Source of the DNA: Chloroflexia bacterium | GTDB lineage: Bacteria; Chloroflexota; Chloroflexia; DTKN01 | Length of the DNA stretch: 63,929 nucleotides | Direction of reading: 5' to 3' | Assembly: GCA_034433695.1 (NCBI GenBank) | Contig: DAOUAK010000160.1 | Coordinates: forward strand, 1 to 63,929 | Shown: in pieces, positions 8,501 through 16,939 of the stretch | Layout of the letters: each line of letters starts with the position of its first letter | Numbering within the stretch: the stretch's first letter is position 1 | Notes under the pieces: generated by a model | What the model saw: the letters and a program-made list of their open reading frames with translations, nothing else | The model's database searches: none | What the model was told of the DNA's origin: nothing | Position numbers and translations under genes: made by a program

Positions 8501-10614
8501 ATCCCGGCGACCCGCTCACCTTTACCCTGCACCTTTCGGCTACCGGCCCGGCCACGGCCCATCACGTCGTCCTGACCGATACGCTCTCTCCCCTTCTCCT
8601 TAGCCCGAGCGTCCGGGCTGCCGGAATCACCCTGACCCAGCGGCCGGGTACGCGCTACGTATGGGACGTGGAAGACCTGGTCGCCGGCCAGGCCGGCCTC
8701 GTCACCGTTACTGCCCGCCTCTCCTGGCAGGCCCCGGCCGGCCTCCTCGTCAACCAGGCTCGCGTGGCGACTACGGCGAAGGAAACCGATCTCCAGAACA
8801 ACGCCGATACGGCCAGCTGGTCCATCGTCCCCGGTCCACCTTACCGGATTTCGGTCACGGCCACGCCCCCGGCCCTTCCGGCCGACGGACTTTCCCTTTC
8901 CCTGATTCGCGCCCTGGTTCAGGATACCGCCGGCAACCCGGTGGCCGACGGCACACCCGTGGCTTTTGCCACCGATGCCGGCACATTTCTCGGCGACGGC
9001 ACCTATTCCACCACGACCACCGACCAGGGTGCGGCCGAAGTCTTCTTGCAGGCCGCAAACCAGGTGGTTACGGCCACCGTCACGGTTACTTCCGGGCAGG
9101 CTCTGGGCCAGGTGCAGGTTCCCTTTGTCTCTACGGCTCCCCACACCGTCCTGGTGGAGGCCTTCCCCACCGCCATCCCGGTTACCGGCACGGCCCAGAT
9201 CACCGCCACGGTGCTGGACGTGCTGGGCCATCCGGTGCGGGACGGCACCGCCGTCACCTTCACCACCTCGCTCGGCACGCTCACGCCCACGGTGGCGGCG
9301 ACCACCGCCGGCATCGCCAGGAGTACGCTGCACGGCGATGGACTCTCCGGCCTGGCGACCGTCCTGGCCCGCAGCGGCGACGCCGCCGACACGGCTACGG
9401 TGCGCATCGGTAGCGGCAGCAGTTTCACCCTGACCCTGGAGGCCGCGCCGCTGGCCATCCCCGCCGATGGGCAGTCCCGGTCCACGATCACGGCCACGCT
9501 GGAGCGCGCCGACGGCTGGCCGATTACCCTGACCTACTGGATCTCGTTCAGCACCACGCTGGGGAACATCCCTTCCCGCTCGCTTGCGCTCAGCGGAACT
9601 GCGGTCGTCTCCCTCACCGCCGGGACGACCGCCGGTAGGGCCGTGATCGTAGCCACAGCCCAGCGGGCCTCGGCTTCGACGGTGGTGCAACTTCTGCCCG
9701 GTGAAGCGGCGCTCCTCACCCTGACGGCGGAGCCGGCCGGGGTGCCGGTGGGCGGGAACCGCTCCGCATTGCTCGCGGTCGTGCGCGATGCCTACGGCAA
9801 CGCGGTGGCCGACGGCACTCCGGTGGCCTTAAGTACCACCCTGGGTACGGTGTCGCCGACCCTGACGACCACCTGGAACGGGGAGGCTTATTCCTGGCTC
9901 ACCTCGGGCCATCAGGCCGGCATGGCCTGGGTCCTGGCCCGCTCCGGTCCGGCCAGCGATACGGCATCGGTGCGCTTTCTTCCGCTTTCCCCGGCCACGC
10001 TGACGCTGGCGGTCTTCCCCTCCGTCATTGTCGCCGACGGCATCTCCAGTGCCACCCTCTCCGCCCGGGTCGCCGACGCCTTCGGCAACCCGGTCGAGGA
10101 CGGCACGGTGGTGCAATTCTTCACCAGCCTGGGATATGTCCGCCCGGAGCGGGCGGGCACGGTGGGCGGATGGGCCACGGCGGTGTTGACCGGCACCCAG
10201 GTGGGCACGGCCACGGTGCGGGCGCTGGTCGGGGGACTTGAGGAGCGAGAAGCGGTATCTTTCATCCCCGCCGCGCCGGCCCGCATTCTGGTCACCGCCT
10301 TCCCGTCCAGCCTCTATGCCAACGGGGTGAGCACGGCCACGGTCACGGCCTACCTGTGGGATGCGCTGGGTCACCCCGTGGCCGACGGAACGCCGGTCTC
10401 CTTCACGACCTCCCTGGGGACGATTACCCCAACGCTGGGGCAGACGGGAGGCGGTCGGGCGCAGGCCATCCTGCGCTCCGGGTACGAGGTGGGCTGGGCG
10501 GTCGTCCGGGCGAGCAGCGCCTCGGCCTGGGGAGAGACGCGGGTGCGCTTTTTCTTCTATCGTATTTATCTGCCGCTTATCCAACGAGTCTGGGCCGGCA
10601 AGACGGCCCGATAG
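5533..10614 (+). CDS. secreted peptidase C25 (gingipain-like) fused to a DUF11-type repeat and six Ig-like (Big_1-type) domains
   Basis: ATG at 5533 with GGAGG at 5523-5527. Signal-like N-terminus MRGLRPDRRFFALVLLVLLGLG. C25 core ADYLVITYGDF...LGRMPANTPTEAQVMVNKIIAYE, with catalytic-type His (NYIGHGG) and Cys (AMTCYEG). Six repeats of about 95 aa each carry the ...ADG.S...A.V.DA.GNPV.DGT.V.F.T.LGT... pattern. Confidence 0.8.
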   Translation: MRGLRPDRRFFALVLLVLLGLGNMPAATMEGWGRPSFFRAENAPSGPVLIEAGERHIVLEWTAPPYQVSVVEIGGQAFQRLSVPDCPPAGQTGEPEMPVCTAVLGVPPDASLSLRILEAETVSLPGNWMLPPLPEPEIEEQVPWTGPESIRIVGKGYLPGPAYRNDALFPPQPAALGEPAFLRHQRLVSISFFPFQYNPSSRRLLHVSRLRLEIAFGESREGMGEVPEPPGFERLLARTLLNYAQARSWRRVTSVPSDLPPPPPNPGFRIPVEQEGLYRLTYSFLQQAGLPVDSLDPRTFRLFRYGQEVAIRVLGEKDGRFDPQDVVFFYGRPLSDNRYTDAEVYWLTYGGEAGRRMAQRDGTPRGGSVPTSFPAVEPLEENHLYYPMMPWRPDHDHWFWNYTYPEGGIFVQTYLFPAHPLAGEGYTATLRLHLHGGNRDDSVNPDHHIRVFLNDVLLGDLWWDGRIELTPTWTFPSTLLQPSGNAVRVEAPGDTGAVADWVVYDWLKLEERRRFAAEGNSLSWEGPAGTWEYHLTDFTQPGVFLLDITEADAPVEIVSATVVPMPPSYSVHFTDAAAQPRRYLAVTEDRVLEPASIEPADPANLRDPANGADYLVITYGDFYTQAQVLASFRASRGLRARAVDVQDVYDLFAYGRRIPEALHDFLAYTYENWTPPAPAYVVLLGDGHFDPKDHRGYGLREYILPYLALVDPWNGETAADNRYVCLSGEDLLPDMDLGRMPANTPTEAQVMVNKIIAYESAPPPGDWRTRGLFVADNPDQAGNFPGLSDALIAGFYPPPYQAQRVYLGNTCAYENPSVACRTEILSALNEGRLLVNYIGHGGIWLWANERLLDNFALPQLSNAPYLPVALAMTCYEGMYHWTYLNPNYFSLAETFLRAEGKGWVASWSPTGLGVATGHHYLNEGFFQALFLDDEHRLGPATLAGKLRLWQASSWQDLLDTYLLLGDPALEMPLLETDLALEKENSQTPLHPGDPLTFTLHLSATGPATAHHVVLTDTLSPLLLSPSVRAAGITLTQRPGTRYVWDVEDLVAGQAGLVTVTARLSWQAPAGLLVNQARVATTAKETDLQNNADTASWSIVPGPPYRISVTATPPALPADGLSLSLIRALVQDTAGNPVADGTPVAFATDAGTFLGDGTYSTTTTDQGAAEVFLQAANQVVTATVTVTSGQALGQVQVPFVSTAPHTVLVEAFPTAIPVTGTAQITATVLDVLGHPVRDGTAVTFTTSLGTLTPTVAATTAGIARSTLHGDGLSGLATVLARSGDAADTATVRIGSGSSFTLTLEAAPLAIPADGQSRSTITATLERADGWPITLTYWISFSTTLGNIPSRSLALSGTAVVSLTAGTTAGRAVIVATAQRASASTVVQLLPGEAALLTLTAEPAGVPVGGNRSALLAVVRDAYGNAVADGTPVALSTTLGTVSPTLTTTWNGEAYSWLTSGHQAGMAWVLARSGPASDTASVRFLPLSPATLTLAVFPSVIVADGISSATLSARVADAFGNPVEDGTVVQFFTSLGYVRPERAGTVGGWATAVLTGTQVGTATVRALVGGLEEREAVSFIPAAPARILVTAFPSSLYANGVSTATVTAYLWDALGHPVADGTPVSFTTSLGTITPTLGQTGGGRAQAILRSGYEVGWAVVRASSASAWGETRVRFFFYRIYLPLIQRVWAGKTAR
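8830..10555 (+). repeat. six tandem ~285-nt coding repeats (Ig-like domain array) inside the C25 peptidase gene
   Basis: Protein-level periodicity is visible: PADGLSLSLIRALVQDTAGNPVADGTPVAF, PVTGTAQITATVLDVLGHPVRDGTAVTF, PADGQSRSTITATLE, PVGGNRSALLAVVRDAYGNAVADGTPVAL, VADGISSATLSARVADAFGNPVEDGTVVQF, YANGVSTATVTAYLWDALGHPVADGTPVSF. Confidence 0.7.
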
Positions 10615-10622
10615 GAGGATTC

Positions 10623-11534
10623 ATGAAGGATCGAATTTCCCTGCATCCGGAAGTGGCGGCGGCCCTGGAGGAAGGGCGGCCGGTGGTGGCGCTCGAGTCG
10701 AGCCTGATCGCCCACGGATTGCCCTACCCCCGCAACCTGGAGGTGGCCCGCCGGATGGAAGAAGTGGTGCGCCAGTCCGGGGTTGTCCCGGCCATCATCG
10801 CCATTCTGGAGGGAAAGATTCGGGTGGGCCTGACGGCGGAGGAACTGGAACAGGCCTCCGCACCCGGCCGGCTGAGCAAGGTGAGCCGCCGCGACATCCC
10901 GCTGGTGGTGGCCCGGGGCGGTTACGGCGGCACGACCGTGGCCGCCAGCATCTGGGTGGCGGAGCAGGTGGGCATCGCCATCTTCTCCACCGGCGGTATC
11001 GGCGGCGTCCATCGGGGGGCCCCGCAGAGTTTCGACATCTCTTCCGACCTGCCGGCCCTGGCCCAGACCAACGTCATCGTCGTCTGCGCCGGTGCCAAAT
11101 CGGTGCTCGACATCGGCCTGACTCTGGAGCAACTGGAGACACTGGGGGTCCCCGTCCTGGGCTACGGCACGGCCGAGTTTCCGGCCTTTTTCTCCCGCCA
11201 TAGCGGCTTTCCCGTGGACCTGCGCGTGGAGACGCCGCAGGAGGTCGTGGAAATCGCCCGGGCGAAATGGGAACTGGGGATGCGCGGGGCGGTGGTGGTC
11301 GGCGTGCCCATTCCGGCCGAGGCCGGGATGGACTTTCAAGAGATGGAGGAGGTCATCCAGCGGGCCATCCACGAGGCCCGGCGGGAGGGCATCCACGGCC
11401 GTGCCCTGACGCCCTACCTCCTGGCGGCGGTGGAGCGGGCCACCGGAGGATGCAGCGTCCGGGCCAACGAGGCCCTCCTGGTGAACAACGCCGCCGTGGC
11501 GGCCCAGATTGCCAGGGCCTGGACTGCGGGATGA
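10623..11534 (+). CDS. psuG: pseudouridine-5'-phosphate glycosidase
   Basis: ATG at 10623 with AGGAGG at 10613-10618. Motifs VVALESSLIAHGLPYP and STGGIGGVHRGAPQSFDISSDL are typical of PsuG/YeiN. Confidence 0.9.
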   Translation: MKDRISLHPEVAAALEEGRPVVALESSLIAHGLPYPRNLEVARRMEEVVRQSGVVPAIIAILEGKIRVGLTAEELEQASAPGRLSKVSRRDIPLVVARGGYGGTTVAASIWVAEQVGIAIFSTGGIGGVHRGAPQSFDISSDLPALAQTNVIVVCAGAKSVLDIGLTLEQLETLGVPVLGYGTAEFPAFFSRHSGFPVDLRVETPQEVVEIARAKWELGMRGAVVVGVPIPAEAGMDFQEMEEVIQRAIHEARREGIHGRALTPYLLAAVERATGGCSVRANEALLVNNAAVAAQIARAWTAG

Positions 11535-12751
11535 AGGAGGTTTCGGTGGCCGTCCCCTCTAGACAGCGGGCCGATCTGGGAAATGTCGTCGCTCTGGGAT
11601 TGGTCAGTTTCCTGACCGATATCTCCAGCGAAGTTACCCTGACCTTTCTTCCCCTTTTTCTCAAGGAGGTTCTGGGGACGGCCTCGGCTCTGATCGGGGT
11701 CATCGAGGGATTGGCCGAGAGCACGGCCACTCTGCTCAAGTTCGTTTCCGGCTGGCTTTCCGACCGGCTGGGTCGGCGCAAGATGCTGACCTTGCTGGGC
11801 TATGGCCTCTCGGCGTTTTCCAAACCGTTCCTCTATCTGGCCGGCTCCTGGGGGGCAGTGCTGGCCCTCCGTTTTGCGGATCGGGTCGGCAAGGGGGTCC
11901 GCACCGCTCCCCGGGATGCCCTGGTGGCCGATTCGGCGGCAGAGGGAGGCCACGGCCGGGCTTTTGGCCTGCACCGGGCGCTGGATACGGCCGGTGCGGT
12001 CTGGGGCACCGGCATGATCGCCATCATCGTCTACCTGAGTCAGCAGATGGGAGCCGCCCTGGACCGTTCGACCTACCAGCGGCTGGTTCTCTGGGGGATC
12101 CTTCCCGGATTTCTGGCGCTCCTTATTCTGGCCCTCTTTGTGCGAGAAGTCCGGCCGGCGGCTTCTTCCGGCCGGCTCCACCTTTCGCTGCGCGGCTTTG
12201 ACCGACGCTTTTACATCTTTCTGGCGGCTCTGGTCCTCTTCACCCTGGGCAACTCCAGCGACGCCTTCCTTCTTTTGCGGGCCCGCACGTTGGGGTTGAC
12301 CCCACTCCAGGTTGCCCTGATGGTGGTGGCCTTTAATGTCGTCTACAGCCTGCTCTCGATGCCGGCCGGGAGCCTTTCCGACCGCATCGGTCGGCGACGG
12401 GTCATCCTGATCGGCTGGACGGCCTACGGGCTGATTTACCTGGGCTTTGCCCTGGCGAGGAACGGCCTGCAAATGGGGCTGCTCTATGTCCTTTACGGGC
12501 TGTACTATGCCGCCTTCGAGGGCACCAGTCGGGCGCTGGTGGCCGACATCGTCCCCGATTCGGCGCGGCGGGGCACGGCCTACGGGGTTTACCACGTGGC
12601 CGTGGGCATCACCGCGTTCCCGGCCAGCGTGCTGGCCGGCCTGCTGTGGGACCTCTTCTCGCCGGCGGCGGCCTTTTACTTCGGCGCGGGTATGGCCATC
12701 CTCGCCGCCGTCCTTTTCGGATTGGGCGTGCGCGTTCATCAGGAGAGGTAA
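11531..12751 (+). CDS. MFS transporter
   Basis: ATG at 11531 overlaps the psuG stop (ATGA). About 12 hydrophobic segments, with MFS-like loops GWLSDRLGRRKML and GSLSDRIGRRRVI. Confidence 0.85.
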   Translation: MKEVSVAVPSRQRADLGNVVALGLVSFLTDISSEVTLTFLPLFLKEVLGTASALIGVIEGLAESTATLLKFVSGWLSDRLGRRKMLTLLGYGLSAFSKPFLYLAGSWGAVLALRFADRVGKGVRTAPRDALVADSAAEGGHGRAFGLHRALDTAGAVWGTGMIAIIVYLSQQMGAALDRSTYQRLVLWGILPGFLALLILALFVREVRPAASSGRLHLSLRGFDRRFYIFLAALVLFTLGNSSDAFLLLRARTLGLTPLQVALMVVAFNVVYSLLSMPAGSLSDRIGRRRVILIGWTAYGLIYLGFALARNGLQMGLLYVLYGLYYAAFEGTSRALVADIVPDSARRGTAYGVYHVAVGITAFPASVLAGLLWDLFSPAAAFYFGAGMAILAAVLFGLGVRVHQER

Positions 12752-12752
12752 G

Positions 12753-13253
12753 ATGCCCAAAGTAACCGTTCGGGAGGGCCGGGCGGAAGACCTGGATGAG
12801 GTTTTGCGGCTGTGGGTGCAGATGGTGGAATTCCACGCCGGTCTGGACCCTTCTCTGAGGATGCGCACCGATTCCGAAGGGCAGGAAAGTATGCGCCTTT
12901 TCCTGCAGGTATGCCTGGAAAACCCGGATAGCCGCCTCTGGGTGGCCGAGGTGGCCGACAGGGAGGGGCTGGCCGGCTTTCTCCTGGCCCATATCCGGAC
13001 GCTCTCGCCGGTCGCTCTGCCGCCCACGACGGGCTATGTGAGCGACATCTGTGTGGAAGAAGGCCTCCGCCGGCAGGGTATTGGCCGGGCGCTCTACCTG
13101 GCCGCCCGGGAGTGGTTCAGGGAGCGCGGGCAAAGCACCATCCGCCTGAACGCGGCCACGGCCAACCCGGTCGCACAGGCCTTCTGGCGGGCTATGGGGG
13201 CGGTGGAGCAAATGGTGTTGATGCGGATCGAACTGACACTCCCCGGGACCTAG
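12753..13253 (+). CDS. GNAT family N-acetyltransferase
   Basis: ATG at 12753, 2 nt after the MFS stop. Acetyl-CoA motif A-like RRQGIGRALY; 166 aa. Confidence 0.75.
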   Translation: MPKVTVREGRAEDLDEVLRLWVQMVEFHAGLDPSLRMRTDSEGQESMRLFLQVCLENPDSRLWVAEVADREGLAGFLLAHIRTLSPVALPPTTGYVSDICVEEGLRRQGIGRALYLAAREWFRERGQSTIRLNAATANPVAQAFWRAMGAVEQMVLMRIELTLPGT

Positions 13254-13374
13254 AACCGGGGTAGATTTCCCGATAAAAGGCGCGGGATTCGTGGAACGTT
13301 CTTCGGGAAGCCGGCCGGGCGATGAAAGCGGCGGAGGAATTCCCGGAAACGGTAAGAATTCAAGAGGTGCAAAA

Positions 13375-14313
13375 ATGGCCACTACCCGTCTTTCGACCGT
13401 TGCTGTCTGGCTGCGCGGGATGCGCGCTCCTTTCTTCACCGCCTCGGTCGTGCCGGTGCTGGTCGGCGGGGCGGCGACCGTGTATGCTGCCGGCAACCTG
13501 GACTGGGGAAAATTTCTCCTGACGCTTCTGGGGATGGTGGCGCTCCATGCGGCGGCCAATATCCTGAACGACTATCTGGACTATAAAAGCGGCTGCGACC
13601 CGAACAATCCGGCCCGCACCACCTTCAACGGCGGGAGCAATGTCATCGCCGAGGGGCTTTTGACCGAGCGGGCCGTGCGCAACGCCGCCCTTCTGGCCTA
13701 TGGCATCGGGGGAGGGTGCGGATTGGTCCTGGCGGCTTTGATGGGCCGGTCGGGCTGGGTGGTCCTTCTTCTGGGGGCCGTCGGCATCGCCATCAGTTAT
13801 GCCTACACCACCCGCCCCATCTTCCTGGCCGGCCGAGGGTTGGGGGAACTTGGAGTGGCCCTCTCCTTTGGCCTTCTCGCCGTGTCGGGTACATTTTTCG
13901 TGCAAACGGGGAACTTTTCCTGGAGTGCCTTTTTCGCCTCTCTTCCTGTAACCGGCTTGATCGTTGCCGTCCTCTGGATCAACCAGTTCCCCGACGTCCC
14001 GGCCGACCATGCCGTGGGCAAGGACAACCTGGTCGTTCGCCTGGGCCGGGCCCGCGCCCGCTATGGCTACTACGCCTTGCTGGGGCTGACCTATGGGGGA
14101 GTCATCCTCGGCTGTATCGTGGGGGTGCTCCCGCCCTGGGCGCTGCTTGCCCTGGCCACCGTGCCGCTGGCCCTGCGCTCGGCCCGCATCCTGCATGGCA
14201 ACTATCAAGGGACGACGACGCTACTTCCGGCCCAGGCCGGCACGATCCAGGCCCACCTGTTCACCGGCCTGCTGCTGGCCCTGGGGCTGATCCTGGGCGG
14301 GGTATGGCGCTGA
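13375..14313 (+). CDS. UbiA-family prenyltransferase, MenA-like (1,4-dihydroxy-2-naphthoate polyprenyltransferase-like)
   Basis: ATG at 13375 with AGAGG upstream. NILNDYLDYKSG (NDxxDxxxG motif), multiple TM helices, second Asp-rich region around VPADHAVGKDN. Confidence 0.8.
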   Translation: MATTRLSTVAVWLRGMRAPFFTASVVPVLVGGAATVYAAGNLDWGKFLLTLLGMVALHAAANILNDYLDYKSGCDPNNPARTTFNGGSNVIAEGLLTERAVRNAALLAYGIGGGCGLVLAALMGRSGWVVLLLGAVGIAISYAYTTRPIFLAGRGLGELGVALSFGLLAVSGTFFVQTGNFSWSAFFASLPVTGLIVAVLWINQFPDVPADHAVGKDNLVVRLGRARARYGYYALLGLTYGGVILGCIVGVLPPWALLALATVPLALRSARILHGNYQGTTTLLPAQAGTIQAHLFTGLLLALGLILGGVWR

Positions 14314-14344
14314 TCCCCTTTTTCAGCATCCCGGCCGGCTTTTC

Positions 14345-15415
14345 CTACACCAGACTCACCTGGCTGTTATCCGCCAGCAAGAACTTGTGCGTCCGCGGCA
14401 GGTGATCGGCCCGCAGGAGGGTGATGTTGCGCCCGAAGACGCTATCGTCAATGCGGCCGTCAATGTTGCAGATGGTGCAGCCGTCCATGACGATGCTGTG
14501 TTCGATCTCGCTGTGTTCGATGCGCACCTCCCGGCCGATGGAGGTAAAGGAGCCGATGAACGAATCCACGATGCGGCTCTGTGCCCCGACGATCACCGGG
14601 CCGCGGAGCATACTGTTGACGATCTGCACCCCATCCTCCAAAATTACATCCCCGATGATTTGAGAGCGCTCGTCTACCGTAACGTCGGCGCCGATGCGGG
14701 TCTCGATCTGACGCAGGACCAGGCGGTTGGCCCGGAGCATGTCGGAAGCGTTTCCGGTGTCCACCCACCATCCCTTGACGAAAAAGGGCATGACCTGGAG
14801 TCCCCGGTCGATCAGCCCCTGGATGGCGTCGGTGATCTCGTATTCGCCGCGCCAGGACGGTTTCAGGCGGTCGATCACCTCGAAGACCCCGGGTTCAAAG
14901 ATATAGGCACCGGTCAATGCCCACCGGCTCTTCGGCTCCTTGGGCTTTTCCACCACCCGGACGACACGGTCGCCCTCGAGTTCGGCCACGCCGTAGGCCC
15001 GGGGGTCTTCCACGGCGTAGAGGAAGGTCATCGCCGCCGGCCGGTGAAGTTGGAAGAGTTTGACCGCCTCCTTCAAGCCATGCTGGAAGATGTTATCCCC
15101 CAGGTACATCAGAAACGGCTCGTCCCCGACAAAGTTCTGGGCCACCTTGGCAGCATGGGCCAGTCCCCGGGGTTCCTCCTGCACAATGTAGGAAAGGTGC
15201 ACCCCCCAGCGCTCGCCGGAGCCCAGTTCCCGGACAAAGTCGCTGCGGTTTTCCCCGACCACGATGCCGATCTCGGTGATGCCGGCCTCGGCGATGGCCT
15301 CCAGGCCGTAGAGCATGACCGGCTTGTTGGCGATGGGGATGAGGTGTTTGGCGTTGCTGAAGGTCAGGGGGCGGAGGCGCGTCCCCCGCCCGGCACACAG
15401 GACGATCGCTTTCAT
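14345..15415 (-). CDS. sugar-1-phosphate nucleotidyltransferase, long glucose-1-phosphate thymidylyltransferase-like form with left-handed beta-helix tail
   Basis: ATG at 15415 (MKAIVLCAGRGTRLRPLT, G-x-G-T-R-x motif). The C-terminal hexapeptide-repeat region follows. The ORF-track start at 15727 is an extension. Confidence 0.85.
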   Translation of the reverse strand: MKAIVLCAGRGTRLRPLTFSNAKHLIPIANKPVMLYGLEAIAEAGITEIGIVVGENRSDFVRELGSGERWGVHLSYIVQEEPRGLAHAAKVAQNFVGDEPFLMYLGDNIFQHGLKEAVKLFQLHRPAAMTFLYAVEDPRAYGVAELEGDRVVRVVEKPKEPKSRWALTGAYIFEPGVFEVIDRLKPSWRGEYEITDAIQGLIDRGLQVMPFFVKGWWVDTGNASDMLRANRLVLRQIETRIGADVTVDERSQIIGDVILEDGVQIVNSMLRGPVIVGAQSRIVDSFIGSFTSIGREVRIEHSEIEHSIVMDGCTICNIDGRIDDSVFGRNITLLRADHLPRTHKFLLADNSQVSLV

Positions 15416-15447
15416 CGCTTTCTCCTCTCGGCAGAAAGGGGCGGGTT

Positions 15448-16266
15448 CTAAACCCGCCCGCTCGGGCCGGCCGGTTCCAAGGCGGATACGGGGCCGGCCC
15501 AACCGCGTCGGCGCCAGATTTCGTACAGGATCACCGAACCGGCCACGGCGGCGTTCAGGGAACCCACCCGGCCGGACATGGGCAGGTATACCAGCCCATC
15601 GCAACGCTCCCGCACCAGCCGTCGCAACCCCGTCCCTTCGCTGCCCACGACCACGGCCACCGGACGCACCCAATCGGCCTCTGTATAGAGGATGGCCCGG
15701 GGGTCTTTTTCCAGTCCCAGCACCCATATTCCGGCTTCCTTCAGCCGGGCCATGGCCCGCACCAGGTTGTTCACCCGGGCGATGGGCAGATGCTCGCAGG
15801 CGCCGGCCGAGGCTCGGACCACGGCCGGGGTGACCGCCACCGCCTCATGTTCCGGCAGGAGGACGCCCTGTACCCCCACCGCCTCGGCCGTGCGGAGGAG
15901 GGTGCCCACGTTCTGGGGGTCCTGCAGGCGATCCAGAAGGAGCACGAGGGCCTGGGGGCCGGCAGCCTGGGCTGCGGCGACGGTCTCGTCCAGGGCTACG
16001 TAGGGGTAGGGGCCGGCTTCCAGAACGACCCCCTGGTGTTCGCGGGTGTGGGCCAGGCGGGCAAGGTCGCTCCTGGGCCGTTCCTCGACCGGGCAGCCCC
16101 GCTTGTGGGCCAGGGCGACGATTTCCTCGAACAGGACGTTGTGACGTCCCCCTTCGGCCAGCAGGAGCCGGTGGAAGGACCGCCGGCCGGCCCGCAGGGC
16201 CTCGAAGACCGCGTTACGGCCATAAAGCGTTTCTTGGACTGGAAGACCGGCGCGGGTAATGGACAT
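15448..16266 (-). CDS. rlmB: TrmH/SpoU-family 23S rRNA 2'-O-methyltransferase (RlmB-like)
   Basis: N-terminal substrate-binding part YGRNAVFEALRAGRR and SpoU motifs DPQNVGTLLRTA, VVVGSEGTGLR, PMSGRVGSLNAAVA. Confidence 0.85.
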   Translation of the reverse strand: MSITRAGLPVQETLYGRNAVFEALRAGRRSFHRLLLAEGGRHNVLFEEIVALAHKRGCPVEERPRSDLARLAHTREHQGVVLEAGPYPYVALDETVAAAQAAGPQALVLLLDRLQDPQNVGTLLRTAEAVGVQGVLLPEHEAVAVTPAVVRASAGACEHLPIARVNNLVRAMARLKEAGIWVLGLEKDPRAILYTEADWVRPVAVVVGSEGTGLRRLVRERCDGLVYLPMSGRVGSLNAAVAGSVILYEIWRRRGWAGPVSALEPAGPSGRV

Positions 16267-16313
16267 GATACCGTGGTCCTGTAACCGCCAATTCCCTACC
16301 GGATATGGCCTGG

Positions 16314-16811
16314 TTACGGAAGGCGACCTGGAGCTGGTATAGCGGAATTCGGTTGTTTGAGCTCGATGACCCAGATTGGGTAGGAAAGGATATGCCGGTA
16401 TACTTCCAGGTCGCGCACCACTTTGCTCAGGTGGGGCAGGTTGTTGCCCTGGACGCTATCGTCATAGACGATCTCCACGGCTACATCAATGTCTCCCAGG
16501 TTGTAGGCGAGTAGAAACTTCAAGAAGTCGTTGTAGCAGTCAGCGGGATCAGAGAGCTGGATCTCAATGGCCACCTGGCCCTTCTTTAAGTCAAAGCGAA
16601 GGTGCTGGTGAGTCGCTGTAACGGGTTGCTGTCGTGCCCATCCTTTTTGCGCCAGGAGTTCTTCAAGGGTTTGTGCTGCAGTGGGACGTACCCCACGTCC
16701 CAGCGGCGTGCCGAGTGCTCCGATGGCCTCCTTGATTTCCCTAAACAATTCCGGAAAGTGCTCCTGTAGGATGGTCTTGGCATATTTAAAATCGTGCTCG
16801 GAGTAATCCAT
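16314..16811 (-). CDS. BglII/BstYI-like restriction-endonuclease-fold protein (orphan, 165 aa)
   Basis: ATG at 16811 has AGGAGG 8 nt upstream. FDLKKGQVAIEIQLSD gives D-x8-E-x-Q, the spacing of the BglII catalytic triad (DFGKRDTLVEVQFSN). The N-terminal KTILQEHFPELFREIKEAI parallels BglII EILNPQLWKEIEETL. GC is clearly lower than in the flanks. Confidence 0.6.
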   Translation of the reverse strand: MDYSEHDFKYAKTILQEHFPELFREIKEAIGALGTPLGRGVRPTAAQTLEELLAQKGWARQQPVTATHQHLRFDLKKGQVAIEIQLSDPADCYNDFLKFLLAYNLGDIDVAVEIVYDDSVQGNNLPHLSKVVRDLEVYRHILSYPIWVIELKQPNSAIPAPGRLP

Positions 16812-16939
16812 AGCTATTTCCTCCTGAGACAAACCTGGCTTGAGCGGCGAGTGCACCCTACTCTATGAAGCCTGTGATGACCAGGCCCATCGCCCTGTTC
16901 AATACCTCATCCATCTGTTCGCACGATTGTAGAATCGAT

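Noticed and set aside
8830-10555. Ig-domain repeat array considered as a diversity-generating retroelement target or phase-variable region.
   Set aside because: No reverse transcriptase, template repeat or adenine-specific mismatch pattern is present in the window. The repeats are diverged at the DNA level, consistent with ordinary domain duplication.
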